From: Mobula hypostoma
Taxonomy: Eukaryota
Length of the DNA stretch: 64,000 nt
Assembly: GCF_963921235.1 (NCBI RefSeq)
Contig: NC_086097.1
Coordinates: 190,342,001-190,406,000, forward strand
Reading direction: 5' to 3'
The position numbers were made by a program, and so were the translations under genes. The notes beneath the pieces were generated by a model, which saw nothing but the letters and a program-made list of their open reading frames with translations, did no database searches and was not told where the DNA came from. Position 1 is the first letter of the stretch. Each line of letters opens with the position of its first letter. Positions 13,024 through 25,892 of this stretch are shown here, one piece after another.

Positions 13024-15275
13024 TTCTTCATGAAGATAGAGAGTGACATAGTTAATTCAGTAACAAAGGTTCTGAACTTAAAGAAGGGTAACTTTGAAGG
13101 TATGAGACGTTAAATAGCTAAGATTGACTGGCAAATGATACTTAAAGGGTTGACGGTGGATATGCAATGGCAAGCATTTAAAGATTGCATGGATGAACTG
13201 CAACAATTGTTCATCCCAGTTTGGCAAAAGAATAAACCACGGAAAGTAGTGCACCCGTGGCTGACAAGGGAAATTAGAGATAGTATCAATTCCAAAGAAG
13301 AAAGATACAAATTAGCCAGAAAAAGTGGCACACCTGAGGACTGGGAGAAATTCAGAGTCCAGCAGAGGAGGACAAAAGCTTAATTAGGAAAGGGAAAAAA
13401 GATTATGAGAGAAAGCTGGCAGGGAACATAAAAACTGACTGTAAAAGTTTTTATAGATATGTGAAAAGAAAAAGATTGGTTAAGACAAATGTAGGTCCCT
13501 TACAGTCATAAACAGGTGAATTGATCATGGGGAACAAGGACATGGCAGACCAATTGAATAACTACTTTGGTTCTGTCTTCACTAAGGAGAATATACATAA
13601 TCTTCCGGAAATAGTAGGGGACTGAGGGTCTAGTGAGATGGAGGAACTGAGGGAAATACATGTTAGTAGGGAAGTGGTGTTAGGTAAATTGAAGGGATTG
13701 AAAGCAGATAAATCCCCTGGGCCAGATGGTCTGCATCCCAGAGTGCTTAAGGAAGTAGCACAAGAAATAGTGGATGCATTAGTGATAATTTTTCAAAACT
13801 GTTTAGATTCTGGACTAGTTCCTGAGGATTGGAGGGTGGCTATTGTAACCCTGCTTTTTAAAAAAGGAGGGAGAGAGAAACCGGGGAATTATAGACCGGT
13901 AAGCCTGACATCGGTGGTGGGGAAAATGCTAGAGTCAATTATCAAAGATGTAATAACAGCACATTTGGAAAGCAGTGAAATCATCGGACAAAGTCAGCAT
14001 GGATTTGTGAAAGGAAAATCATGTCTGACGAATCTCATAGAACTTTTTGAGGATGTAACTAGTAGTGTGGATAGGGGAGAACCAGTGGATGTGGTATATT
14101 TGGATTTTGACAAGGTCCCACACAGGAGATTAGTGTGCAAACTTAAAGCACACGGTATTGGGGGTAAGGTATTGATGTGGATAGAGAATTGGTTGGCAGA
14201 CAGGAAGCAAAGAGTGGGAATAAATGGGACCTTTTCAGAATGGCAGGCGGTGACGAGTCGGGTACCGCAAGGCTCAGTGCTGGGACCCCAGTTGTTTCCA
14301 ATATATATTAATGACTTAGACGAGGGAATTAAATGCAGCATCTCCAAGTTTGCAGATGACACAAAGCTGGGCGGCAGTGTTAGCTATGAGGAGGATGGTA
14401 AGAGGATGCAGGGTGACTTGGATAGGTTAGGTGAGTGGGCAAATTCATGGCAGATGCAATTTAATGTGGATAAATGTGAGGTTATTCACTTTGGTGGCAA
14501 GAACAGAAAAACAGATTATTATCCGAATGGTGGCCGATTAAGGAAAGGGGAGGTGCAACGAGACCTGGGTGTCATTATACACCAGTCATTGAAAGTGGGC
14601 ATGCAGGTACAGCAGGCGGTGAAAAAGGCAAATGGTATGCTGGCATTCATAGCAAGAGGATTCGAGTACAGAAGCAGGGAGGTACTACTGCAGTTGTACA
14701 AGGCCTTGGTGAGACAACACCTGGAGTACTGTGTGCAGTTTTGGTCCCCTAATCTGAGGAAATACATTCTTGCCATAGAGGGAATACAAAGAAGATTCAC
14801 CAGATTGATTCCTGGGATGGCAGGACTTTCATATGATGAAAGACTGGATCGACTAGGCTTATACTCGTTGGAATTTAGAAGATTGAGGGGGGATCTTATT
14901 GAAATGTATAAAATTCTAAAGGGTAGATGCAGGAAGATTGTTCCCGATGTTGGGGAAGTCCAGAACAAGGGGTCACAGTTTAAGGATAAAGGGGAAGCCT
15001 TTTAGGACCGAGATGAGGAAAAACTTCTTCACACAGAGAGTGGTGAATCTGTGGAATTCTCTGCCACAGGAAACAGTTGAAGCCAGTTCATTGGCTATAC
15101 TTAAGAGGGAGTTAGATATGGCCCTTGTGGCTAAAGGGATCAGGGGGTATGGAGAGAAGGCAGGTACAGGGTTGCGAGTTGGATGATCAGCCATGATCGT
15201 ACTGAATGGCAGTGCAGGCTCGAAGGGCCGAATGGCCTACTCCTGCACCTATTTTCTATGTTTCTCTGTTTCTAT
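13024..15275 (+). mobile_element. CR1 LINE, 5'-truncated (RT region)
   Basis: ORF 13638..15005 with KSPGPDGLHP, NYRPVSLTS, VPQGSVLGP, FADDTK. Tail TTTCTATGTTTCTCTGTTTCTAT. Near-identical to 42356-44568. Confidence 0.95.
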
Positions 15276-15572
15276 ATTTGGACAGCCAATAACATTTTCT
15301 ATCTCTGCACCAAGAGTTGTACATTTCCTATGGTAACAGCAGCAGTTTCCCACTATAACTGTTTCTCATAATACTTTTGCTTACCTGGCCTGGATTTATA
15401 TTGGAGCTTCTGCTACTGTCCCTGTCATATGTCCAAATATAGAATAACACTAACACACAGTACTGGATGAATCTCCTTTGCATTTTTAGAGGTCACTCAG
15501 ATATTAGATCTTGCATGTTTAGATATGTTCAGCCATAAATTCACACAGCCTGAAATCTTAAAATACATCAAG

Positions 15573-15802
15573 TTTTTTTTACACAGAGAGTGGTGAGTGC
15601 GTGGAATGGGCTGCTGGTGATGGTGGTGGAGGCGGATATGATAGGGTCTTTTAAGAGACTCCTGGACAGCTTAATGGAGCTTAGAAAAATAGAGAGCTAT
15701 GGGTAATCCTAGGTAATTTCTAAGGTAGGGACATGTTCGGCACAGCTTTGTGGGCCAAAGGGCCTGTATTGTGCTGTAGGTTCTCTATGTTTCTATGTTT
15801 CT
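15573..15802 (+). mobile_element. Short CR1 3' fragment with 6-bp TSD (ATCAAG)
   Basis: FFTQRVVSAWNGL..KIESYG and (TTTCTATG)n tail. ATCAAG at 15567-15572 and 15803-15808. Confidence 0.9.
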
Positions 15803-15960
15803 ATCAAGAATACAATGCTACAACAAGTTCTTCAGAGCTACAGTATATGGCTGCTAATCATCTCACTTGACAGCTAATTGCAGGTCAGAACTTAAAACTT
15901 TCCATGACTTTTTTCATGGCATTGGGTTGAAATGGCTTTCCAACTGACCTACTACATCAT

Positions 15961-16590
15961 TAAGTTCAAGTTCAGGTTTAATTGTCACTCAACCGTACAT
16001 ATGTATATAGCTAAACAAAACCGCGCTCCTCTGGGTCCCGGGAACAAAACACAGTTCATACAGTTACATGCAGCTCACAATACATTCAGTCACAAAAAAT
16101 AATATTAGTACAAGTCCCTGGGTGGCATGGCCTGAAGATTGATGGTGGATGGGATGTTGTCCTGGAGCCACATTTCTGCAAGAACAAATATGCAGCAGTT
16201 TCTCATCTTGCACTGATTCATTTAGATGAAGGTAAATGGGCTTCACTCATGTTGGGTTAGCCGCAAGCAATCCAACTTGTCTGCTGGAAGCGAACATTGA
16301 ATGGGCAAGCTCTCAACTCAGCATGGATTCTATCATGCCCACCACACCTCTATTCTTTCCCACCCCACCTCCAGTGGCTCATCCCCTGGATGGCTCTAAC
16401 AGGTAATGCCATGGTATGAAGGCTCAGGGACTGGTATGCGTAACAACCAAGACTACGCAATTCATCCACCGTCAGTCTCGCCAATTATCCAATGCACTGG
16501 ACTTGCAGTATTTTATGCTACCAATGTCCAACAGGATCTTGTGATCACAAGAAAAACATTTAACACACACATTTGCATCATTTGTTGGAG
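15961..16590 (-). repeat. Probable non-autonomous retroelement with (AACTTG)n tail
   Basis: AAGTTCAAGTTCAGGTTTAATTGTCA resembles the reverse Rex1-type tail at 9091. The body is non-coding and its extent is uncertain. Confidence 0.35.
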
Positions 16591-16591
16591 C

Positions 16592-17841
16592 CTGTAATGC
16601 ATGTACCTTAGTTTCATTTTTATTTTAGTGAGATGCCACATATGATGTGGTGGTGTAATAACTTAACGAAGAATGCTTAATCAAACAATTTATTTGCAGT
16701 ATTACTCAAATATTACTGAAATATGAAATACACAGTTCTTCCTGCTTAGCTATAAACTCCAACTCAATACAGAAAGCATCTTAATTTATATACATATGAA
16801 TATATGTATACTACTGTATATAATAAAACTGCTATATAGACATACACAACATAGTAAATTTTAAGTTGTCCCACTAAGGTCAAAAGATTTAATTGCTGTG
16901 CAGGATTTCCTACTATTGTGGGATAACATCTTTCCTGAGGGTCACGCTGCTTGGCAGGAGAGACTTATGGCTGTGAAACAATCTCAGATTCTGGAGCCTC
17001 CTCCACAATGGTTGTAAGAGTTGACCCTGGGACTGAAGGAAGAGGTCCTGTCAGCTCTGGACAGGTTCCTTTCGGATGTGTTGGCATTCCAAACAGTACA
17101 TCGCTGGATTCAAACCAGTTCTGCATAACAGTCTCAACATCAGCAAACTTCATTTCAGCTTGTTTGGTTGGAGCAGTCAAACATCTAAGCAAACTGAATG
17201 TTTGTCCACCTCATGCACTCAGCAAAACTGGTACTCACTTTTGATCGGCTACTTCATTTGCTTCAAAGTACTGCTGCTCAATTCACTCAGTATACAATAT
17301 CCAGTTAGTTCTTGTGCAATTGAATGTGTCTAACTTTCCAATGTAGCCAGCCATTTCTGCTTTACTTTCATTTAATTTGTTATTATTATCACTCTGTACT
17401 CACTGTTAAGGAACCAGTGAATTAGTCCATTTTGTGCCTTTTTTAAAAAACTAGATCATCTCCTTCCTTCTGAAGAACTTGGGCTGCATTTTGTTTTCAA
17501 CTTGAGCATCTCACTGCACTTCAATAGGTAGATAATTGTCTCGGTTTCAATTAAAACTTCCTCGTTGCTACTGCTAAAATTTGTAACTCCAAAACATAAA
17601 ACTAATTGAAAGAAAAACAAAGGTGTCTGGAATACGTGCATGTTAGTTTTGTTTTTACTTTAGTGAGATGCTGACAAATGATGTGGTGGTGCAATGCCAT
17701 ATGCCATTCACATACTTCTACTTATATCCTGTAGTGATTTACTTAAATAACAAAATACTATATTATATTATAACTATATTATAATATAATATAGTATTTA
17801 AAATCTCAATTAGATATTACTGAAATATTAAATACACAACA
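16592..17841 (-). mobile_element. Internally deleted Gypsy (Mag-like) LTR retrotransposon
   Basis: LTR 17572-17841 (TG..CA on the minus strand) with a partial second LTR at about 16592-16735. Degenerate PBS TAGCAACGAGG, cf. TGGCGACGAGG. Gag start MAGYIGKLDTFNC..YFEANEV..VPVLLSA..SLLRCLTAPTK is joined to the pol 3' tail. PPT-like AAGCAGGAAGAAC. Confidence 0.85.
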
Positions 17842-18022
17842 GTAAAAAGTTTGTACATTCTGCCCATGACCACAGCAATTTCCTCCCTGTACTCCAGTTT
17901 GTTCCCACATCCCAAAGGTGTATGGGTAAGTAGGTTAATTGCTCACATCGTATGTGCGGAGCAGGCTCATTGGGCCAGAAGGGCCTGTTACCATCCTGTA
18001 AGAATCTAAATCTAAAATCTAG
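17842..18022 (+). mobile_element. V-SINE/HE1-like SINE fragment
   Basis: AGTTTGTACATTCTGCCCATGACC..TTTCCTCCCTGTACTCCAGTTTGTTCCCACATCCCAAAG core. CR1-like tail GGGCCAGAAGGGCCTGTT plus (ATCTAA)n. Confidence 0.75.
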
Positions 18023-18659
18023 ATCGACCTTCATCAATCAAGTGCAATCTTTTCTATGAGCAGGCTTGAAACTGGCTTAGTTTTCCAATAAATATCTTTG
18101 CAGTTGTTATTTATTTTGTAGCTATGATTATTTTTGTGTTCCCAAAATTAGTAAAACCTTGATCTATATAATTCCTAATATAGCCATACCTGTACATGTA
18201 CAAAGATGCACAAAGTGAATGTTGACAAGAATGCAAAGACATTTATCACTATTAACATAATACCTGCACTCTTTGTCATATGACAATCAATAACAGGTTT
18301 GGTGAAATAAACATATGTCCATTGATATACCTTGGTGGCTTTGGTTAAGCTAAATAATTTCTTCATTACTTATTAACCATTTTTCGGTTACTGATGGGCC
18401 AGACTTGATAAAAGGTGACATGTTCTATTATTGCTTGGAGGGTCTCTCTTTCAGAAAGAAGTAATAGGAACACCAGTACTTGTTCACTAAATGAAGCTGT
18501 TTGGTGTCTAGTCAATTTTAGAAGCTCAGCCAAGAGCACTTTGAAGACTTGCTGATACTAGAGATTCCATTCATTTACCAAAATGTGTGCACCATGTACT
18601 TTGCATCGTAAGTATCGGGAAAATATACGTAGGAACTGTCCATTTGTAATTTGGCAAAG

Positions 18660-20552
18660 TAAGCATTGCCACCCGTCACCCACATGTTGGAAAGTCCAAT
18701 CACGGCTGTACTTCTACTCCTGGGGTATAGGCAGAGACTAAAGACCACAACACCAGTGGTGAGGACCAAGAAGGTACAGTCAAGGGAGTTACAGCAGCTT
18801 TGAGTGGACAATATTCAGGGACTCATCTGTGAATCTGAATGAATAAGCCACAGTTGTCACCAACTTCATCAAGACCCTGTGTGGATGAGTGTGTGCCGTT
18901 GAGGAGTCTCTGTACGTTCTTCCTGTGGAATGCGTGAGTTTTCCCCAGGTGCTCCAGCTACCTCCCACAATCCAAAGATGTACTGTGTTGGTAAACTGAA
19001 CATTGTAAACTGTCCTGTGATTAGTTTAAAGTTAAGTCGGGGTGATCAGGGTTTTACCGGACGGTGCGGCTCAAAGGGCCTGTTCCACGCTGTATCTCGA
19101 AATAAAATAAGATCAAACATACCAGACATCACCAAACCAAAAGCTGTAGGTGAACCAGCAGACTCAGCGTCTGCTGATAGCTAGATCTGTGGCGTTCAAG
19201 ACTGGTGATTCAGAACTATATAACAAGTACACATACAACCTCCAGAAGGCTACTCTGGCAGGGTTTTTGCAGACCATTCCTTCCTACAATATGAATCCTA
19301 ACATTGTGAGTGGCTGTGACACTTCATTCCCAGAGGAGCTTAACAACTTTTATACATGCCTTGAAAGGAGAATAAAATGACACCTATGTGAATCACTATA
19401 GCATCTGGTGACCCTGTGTTCTTTGCCTCGGAGCCTGACATCTTTCAGGAGGGTGGAACCTCACAAGGCGACAGGTCCTTATGGTATACCTGGCAGGGCT
19501 CTGAAAAACCTGTGCCGACCAATTGCAGGAGTGTTCAAGGACATTTTCAATCTCTCACTACTACAGCTGGAGGTTCCTACCTGGTTCAAATTATACCTGT
19601 GCCAAAGAGGAGCAGGGGTGAGCTGCCTCAATGACTATCACTGGTTGTACTCACATTTACTGTGAAGAAGTGCTTTGAGAGGTCAGTCATGGCCAGTATC
19701 ACTCCCTGACTAAGCAAGGACCTGGACTCACTGCAATTTGCCTATCGCCACAGTAGGTTTACAGCAGATGCAATCTTACTGGTTCTCCAGTCAGCCTTGG
19801 ATCACCAGGACAATAGCAATATCTACATCAGGCTGCTGGTTATTGATTGCAGCTTAGCGTTCAACATATTCATATGCTCAGTTCTAATCAAGAAACCCCA
19901 AAACTGCTGTACCTCCGTCTGCAACAGGAACCTTACATCCCTTACTGGTGCAGATCTGAAATAACATCTCCTCAGTGACAGTCAACGCTAACCTACTTCA
20001 AGGATGTGTGCTTAGCCTACTGCTCTACTCTCTTTACACCATGACTGTGTGGCTAGGCACAGCTCAAATGCCATCAATAAATTATGATGATACAGCTATT
20101 ATTAGAATCACAGAGGTGACGGGGAAGCGTATTGGAGAAAGACAAATTAGCTGGCTGAAAACAGCATCAGTAAGACCAAGGAACTGATTGTGGACTTCAT
20201 TTAGGAGAATTTGAGGGAGCACACACCAGTCCTCATAGAGAGATCAACAGAGGAAATGTGAGTAGTTTCAAGTTGCTGAGTGTCAGCAGCTCTGAAGGTC
20301 TATCTTGGGCCCGGCATAAATGATGCAATTACAAAGAAGGCACAACAGTGGCTATATATTACTAGGATTTTGACAAGGTGGTACATCACCAAAGACTCTC
20401 AGAAATTTCTACAAGAATTCACTGTCGTACCTTCTTTGTAATGACATCACTGTCTGATATGGAGTGGCCACTGCACAGAATCGGGAAAAGCTGCAGAAAG
20501 TTGTAAACTCAGCCAGCTCCATCATGGGCACCAGTCTCCCCAGCACTGAAGA
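18660..20552 (+). mobile_element. Rex1/Babar LINE, left part (interrupted by a SINE and a Gypsy element)
   Basis: YRQRLKTTTPVVRTKKV, HKATGPYGIPGRALK, GVFKDIFNLSL, QGCVLSLLLYSLYT. Confidence 0.88.
18903..19112 (+). mobile_element. V-SINE/HE1-like SINE inserted in Rex1
   Basis: GGAGTCTCTGTACGTTCTTCCTGTGG..CCAGGTGCTCCAGCTACCTCCCACAATCCAAAGA core and tail AAGGGCCTGTTCCACGCTGTATCTCGAAATAAAATAA. It splits Rex1 DECVPLR|TYQTSPNQK. Confidence 0.8.
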
Positions 20553-21517
20553 TGTTACATTTTGCAATTCCAAAACATAAAACTAACTGAAAGAAAAACA
20601 CGGGAGCCAGGGATAACTCATGTACATTTAATTTTACCTCCCATGTATACTACTGTACATAATACAACTACTATATAGACACCCACAGCACACTAAATTT
20701 TAAATTGTCTCATTCAGGCCTAAAGATTTAATCGCTGTGGAGATTTGGTTACTCTTGTAGGATAACATTTTTTCTGATTGGGGGGTGCGGTGGGGTGGTC
20801 ACTGTGCTTGGCAGGTGAGACTTGTGGCTGTGAAACAATCTCAGGTTCTGGGCCTCCTCCGTGGTGGTTGCAGGAGTTGAACCTGGGACTGAAGGAAGGG
20901 GTTCTGACAGCTCTGAATACCTTTCATCTCTAACAATTGACCCTGCTCTCCTCAACTGATCAATGCAGATGACATCAGATGCAAACTCCACTGTGTAGGA
21001 GAGCGGTCCAGTTCTGTCCTTAATCTTTCCAAGTACCCACTTTTGATCACTCTGTAGTACCTCACCAGGACTGCTTGTCCACAAGTGAAACATCAAACTT
21101 CCTTGTTGAGGAACCCTTAATTTGCCTCAGATATTTTTTCTGAATACTCCTTCTGTGATCCTGTTTGAGGAAATCCAAGCAAGGGATGCCCCAGGAACAG
21201 CATAGCTGGTGAGTTGTTGGTAGTTGAACTATACTGCAATATACAAGGAGGAAATTGGTGAGCTTCTGGTTCAGTGACAGTGTAGTGTGCTCTGCTGACG
21301 CCGCTCACTGTGTGCTCTATAGATTCTGGACAAGCTTTTCTGCCAAGCTATTTGTAGTTCGGCGGGAAGGTGCAGATGTAATATGTTCTATTATATTCAT
21401 TTTCAGGAATGACTGAAACTGTTCTGCAGCAAACTGTGGTCCATTGTCACTGAATGTTCTGGAACAGCAGTCATTGCTAAGTGGTTTCTCATCACATCAA
21501 CAGTGCGCAAGGCTGTA

Positions 21518-23717
21518 ACCATATAACAATTACAGCATGGAAACAGGCCATCTCGGCCCTTCCAGTCCATGCTGAACTCTTACTCTCACTTAGACCCACC
21601 AACCTGCGCTCAGCCCATAACTCTCCATTCCTCTCCTGTCCATATATCTATCCAATTTAACTTTAAACTGCAACATCGAACCTACCTCAACCACTTCTGC
21701 TGGAAGCCCGTTCCACACAGCTACCACTCTCTGAGCAAAGAATTTCCCCGTCATGTTACCCCTAAACTTTTGCCCTTTAACTCTCAACTCATGTCCTCTT
21801 GTTTGAATCTCCCCCATTCTCAATGGAAAAAGCCTAAGCATGTCAACTCTATCAATCCCCCTCATAAATTTAAACACCTCTATCAAGTCCCCCCTCAACC
21901 TTCTACGCTCCAAAGAATAAAGACCTAACTTGTTCAACCTTTCTCTATAACTTAGGAGATGAAACCCAGGCAACATTTTAGTAAACCTCCTCTGTACTCT
22001 CTCAATTTTATTGACATCTTTCCTATAATTCGGTGACCAGAACTGTACACAATACTCCAAATTTGGCCTTACCAATGCCTTATACAATTTCAACATTACA
22101 TCCCAACTCTTATACTCAATGCTCTGATTAATAAAGGCCAGCATACCAAAAGCTTTCTTCACCACCATATCCACATGAGATTCCACCCTCAGGGAACTAT
22201 GCACCATTATTCCTAGATCCCTCTGTTCTACAACATTCTTCAATGCCCTACCATTTATGTCCTATTTTGATTAGTCCTACCAAAATGTAGCACCTCACAT
22301 TTTTCTGCATTAAATTCCATCTGCCATCTTTCAGCCCACTCTTCTAACTGACCTAAATCTCTCTGCAAGCTTTGAAAACCTACTTCATTATCCACAATGC
22401 CACCTATCTTAGTATCATCTGCATACGTACTAATCCAATTTACCACCCCATCATCCAGAATATTAATATATATGACAAACAACATTGGACCCAGTACAGA
22501 TCCCTGAGGCACACCGCTACACACTGTCCTCCAATCTGACACACAGTTATCCACCATTACTCTCAGGTGTTTCCCATCCAGCCACTGCCGAATCCATCTT
22601 ACTACTTCAATATTAATGCCTAACGATTGAACCTTCCTAACTAACCTTCTGGGTGGAACCTTGTCAAAGGCCTTACTTAAGTCCATATAGACAACATCTA
22701 CCGCTTTACCCTTGTCAACTTTCTTAGTAACCTCATCAAAAAATTCAATAAGATTTGTCAAACATGACCTTCCATGTACAAATCCATGTTGACTGTTCCA
22801 ATCAGACCCTGTCTGTCCAGATAATTATATATACCATCTCTAACAATATTTTCCATCAATTTACCCACCACTAACATCAAACTCACAGGCCGATAAATGC
22901 TAGGTTTACTCTTAGAACCCTTCTTAAACGATGGAACCACATGAGCAATACGCCAATCCTCCGGCACCATCCCCGTTTCTAATGACATTTGAAATATTTC
23001 TGTCAGAGTCCCTGCAATTTCCACACTAACTTCCCTCAAGGTCCTAGGGAATATCTTGTCCAGAACCGGAGATTTAGCCACTTTTATATTCCTTAAAAGT
23101 GCCAGTACTTCATCTTCTTTAAACATCATACCTTCCATAGCTACCCTTCTTGTTTCCTTTACTTTACACGATTCAATATCCTTCACCTTAGTGAATACCG
23201 AAGAAAAGAAATTGTTCAAAATCTCCCCCATCTCTTTTGGCTCCGCACATAGCCGTCCACTCTGATTCACTAAGAGACCAATTTTATCCCTCACTATCCT
23301 TTTGCTATTAACATAACTGTAGAAACCCTTTGGATTTATTTTCGCCTTACTTGCCAAAGCAGCCTCGTATTTTCTTTTAGCTTTTCTAATTTCTTTCTTA
23401 AGATTCTTTTTACATTCTTTATATTCCTCAAGCACCTCATTAACTCCAAGTTGCCTATATTTATTGAAGATTCCCTCTTTTTCCGAACCAAGTTTCCAAT
23501 ATCCTTTGAAAACCATGGCTCTCTCAAACTTTTAACCTTTCCTTTCAACCTAAGAGGAACATAAAGATTCTGTACCCTCAAAATTTCACCTTTAAATGAC
23601 CTCCATTTCTCTATTCCATCCTTCCCTTAAAAGAAATTGTCCTAATCCACTCCTTCTAAATCCTTCTGCATCTCCTCAAAGTTAGCCTTTCTCCAATCAA
23701 AAATCTCAAAAATCTCA
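21518..23717 (-). mobile_element. CR1 LINE, 5'-truncated, inside the Gypsy integrase; TSD GCTGTA
   Basis: ORFs 22758..23516, 22255..22761 and 21590..22243 (YRPVSL, GVPQGSVLGP, YADDTK, LEYCVQFWSP). GCTGTA at 21512-21517 and 23718-23723. Same subfamily as 63163-63606. Confidence 0.95.
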
Positions 23718-24224
23718 GCTGTAGTGAAACTATTGGGAACATTTCTAGCCACTTTGTAGCTACATCTACTACTACCAAGAAATTTGTACCCGTGAATGGT
23801 TTTGCAAAATCCACATGAATCCTCTGCCATGACATTGAAGGCTATTGTCAAGGATACTACTCTTGCCATCATCTGGACTTGCTAGCATCCCGGAAGTACA
23901 TGGCAAGCTGCTCGATCTGCTGATCTATCCCAGGCCTCTAGATATAGCTTTGAGCCAATATTTTCATTTTGACCATGCCTAGATGATCAACATGTAGCTC
24001 CTCCAACAATTTATCCTCCATCCATCTCAGTTTGGATGGTACAACAACTCTCAATCCCCATACAACTCAATCCCTGTCAATGGCAAGTTCATCCCAGCAC
24101 TGGTAAAACTGGGTGAACTGGAATTTCTGCTGTACTTTCCAGCCATTTTAGGTGGCCATGTAGATCTGAGACCTGAGTATAGGGTCTGCTGTGTGCTTAT
24201 TAAGTAATTAACACAAAACACTTA

Positions 24225-25538
24225 AGTGGTTGGTAAGTTGATGGAGAAGATCCTGAGAGGCAAGATTTATGAACAGTTAGAGAGGCATAATATGATTAGG
24301 AATAGTCAGCATGGCGTTGTCAAAGGCAGGTCGAGTCTTACGAGCCTGATTGAATTTTTTGAGGATGTGACTGAACACATTAATGAAGATAGAGCAGTAG
24401 AAGTAGTGTACATGGATTTCAGCAAGGCATTTGCAAAGGTACCCCATGCAAGGCTTATTGAGAAAGTAAGGAGGCATGGGATCCATGGGGACATTGCTTT
24501 ATGGATCCAGAACTGGCTTGCCCACAGAAAGCAAAGAGTGGTTGTAGACGGGTCATATTCTGCATGGAGGTTGGTGACCAGTGGTATGCCTCAGGAATCT
24601 GTTCTGTGACCCCTTCACTTCGTGATTTTTATAAATGACCTGGATGAGGAAGTGGTTAGTAAATTTGCTGATGGCACAAAGGGTGGGGGTGTTGTTTACA
24701 ATGTGGAGAGCTGTCAGAGTTTACAGCGGGACATTAATAGGATGCAAAACTGGGCCGAGAAGTGGCAGATGTAGTTCAACCCAGATAAGTGCGAGGTGGT
24801 TCATTTTGGTAGGTCACACATGATGGCAGAATATAGTATTAATGGTAAGACACTTGGCAGTGTGGAGGATCAGAGGGATCTTGGGGTTCAAGTCCATTGG
24901 ACACTCAAAGCAGCTGTGCAGGTTGACTGTGTGGTTAAGAAGGCATATGGTGCATTGGCCTTCATCAAAAGTGGGATTGAGTTTTAGAGCCGAGATGTAA
25001 TGTTGCAGCTATATAGGACCCTGGTCAGACCCCAGTTGGAGTACTGTGCTCAGTTCTGGTCACCTCATTAAAGGAAGGATGTGAAAACTATAAAAAGGGT
25101 GCAGAGGAGATTTACAAGGATGTTGCCTGGATTGGGGAGCATGCCTTATGAGAATAGGCTGAGTGAACTCAGCCTTTTCTCCTTGGACTGGTGGAGGATG
25201 AGAGGTAACCTGATAGAGGTGTATAAGATGATGAGAGGCATTGATCGTGTGGATAGTCAGAGGCTTTTTCCCAGGGCTGAAATTGCTATCAGAGGAGATG
25301 TCAGGGTAAGTTTTTTTACGCAGAAATTGGTGAGTGCATGGAATGGGTTGCCGGTGATGGTGGTGGAGGCGGATCCGATAGGGTCTTTTAAGAGACCCCT
25401 GGATAGGAACATGGAACTTAGAAAAATAGAGGGCTATGAGTAACACCAGATAATTTCTAATGCAAGTACATGTTCGGCACAGTATCGTGGGCCCAAGGGC
25501 CTGTATTGTGCTGTAGGTTTTCTATGTTTCTATGTTTC
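24225..25538 (+). mobile_element. CR1 LINE fragment inserted in the Gypsy LTR
   Basis: VVGKLMEKIL..MDFSKAFAKVPH..KFADG and (TTTCTATG)n tail. It splits LTR sequence CTTAA|..AAACAAT (cf. 16676-16689). Confidence 0.93.
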
Positions 25539-25593
25539 AAACAATATATTTACAATATCACTCAAACATCACTGAAATATTAAATACGCAATA

Positions 25594-25892
25594 GATGACA
25601 CCTTCAAAAGGTGCAATCAACCAGGACATGCCATCTTTTCTTTGCTACCATCAAGGAAGAGGTAAAGGAACTTGAAAACTCACACTGAATGCTTCAGGAA
25701 TAGCTTGTTCCCCTCCTCCATTAGATTTCTGAATGGACAGTGAACCCATGAAAACTACCTCAGTGTATCTATATATATATATATATTTCTTATTGTAATT
25801 TACTGTTTTAAAATGATTAAGTATTGCAGTGTACTACAACCATAAAAAAATAAATTTCACAACACATGTCATTGACACTAAACCTGATTCTG
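25594..25892 (+). mobile_element. Rex1/Babar LINE, right part (3' end)
   Basis: PGHAIFSLLPSRKR..FRNSLFPSSIRFLNGQ*. The 3' UTR ends AAACCTGATTCTG. Confidence 0.85.

Larger units (their letters stand above)
20553..25593 (-). mobile_element. Gypsy LTR retrotransposon relic (integrase plus partial LTRs) inserted in Rex1
   Basis: LTR ends match 17572-17841. Integrase motifs LLEELHVDHLGMVKMK, IHVDFAKPF..FLVVVD and GKIKDRTGPLSYTV. Imperfect 5-bp TSD GAAGA (20548) / GATGA (25594). Confidence 0.88.

Noticed and set aside
13024..15275. Segmental duplication or misassembly with 42356-44568
   Set aside because: Flanks differ, similarity ends at the LINE tail, and each copy has private mutations, so these are independent insertions.
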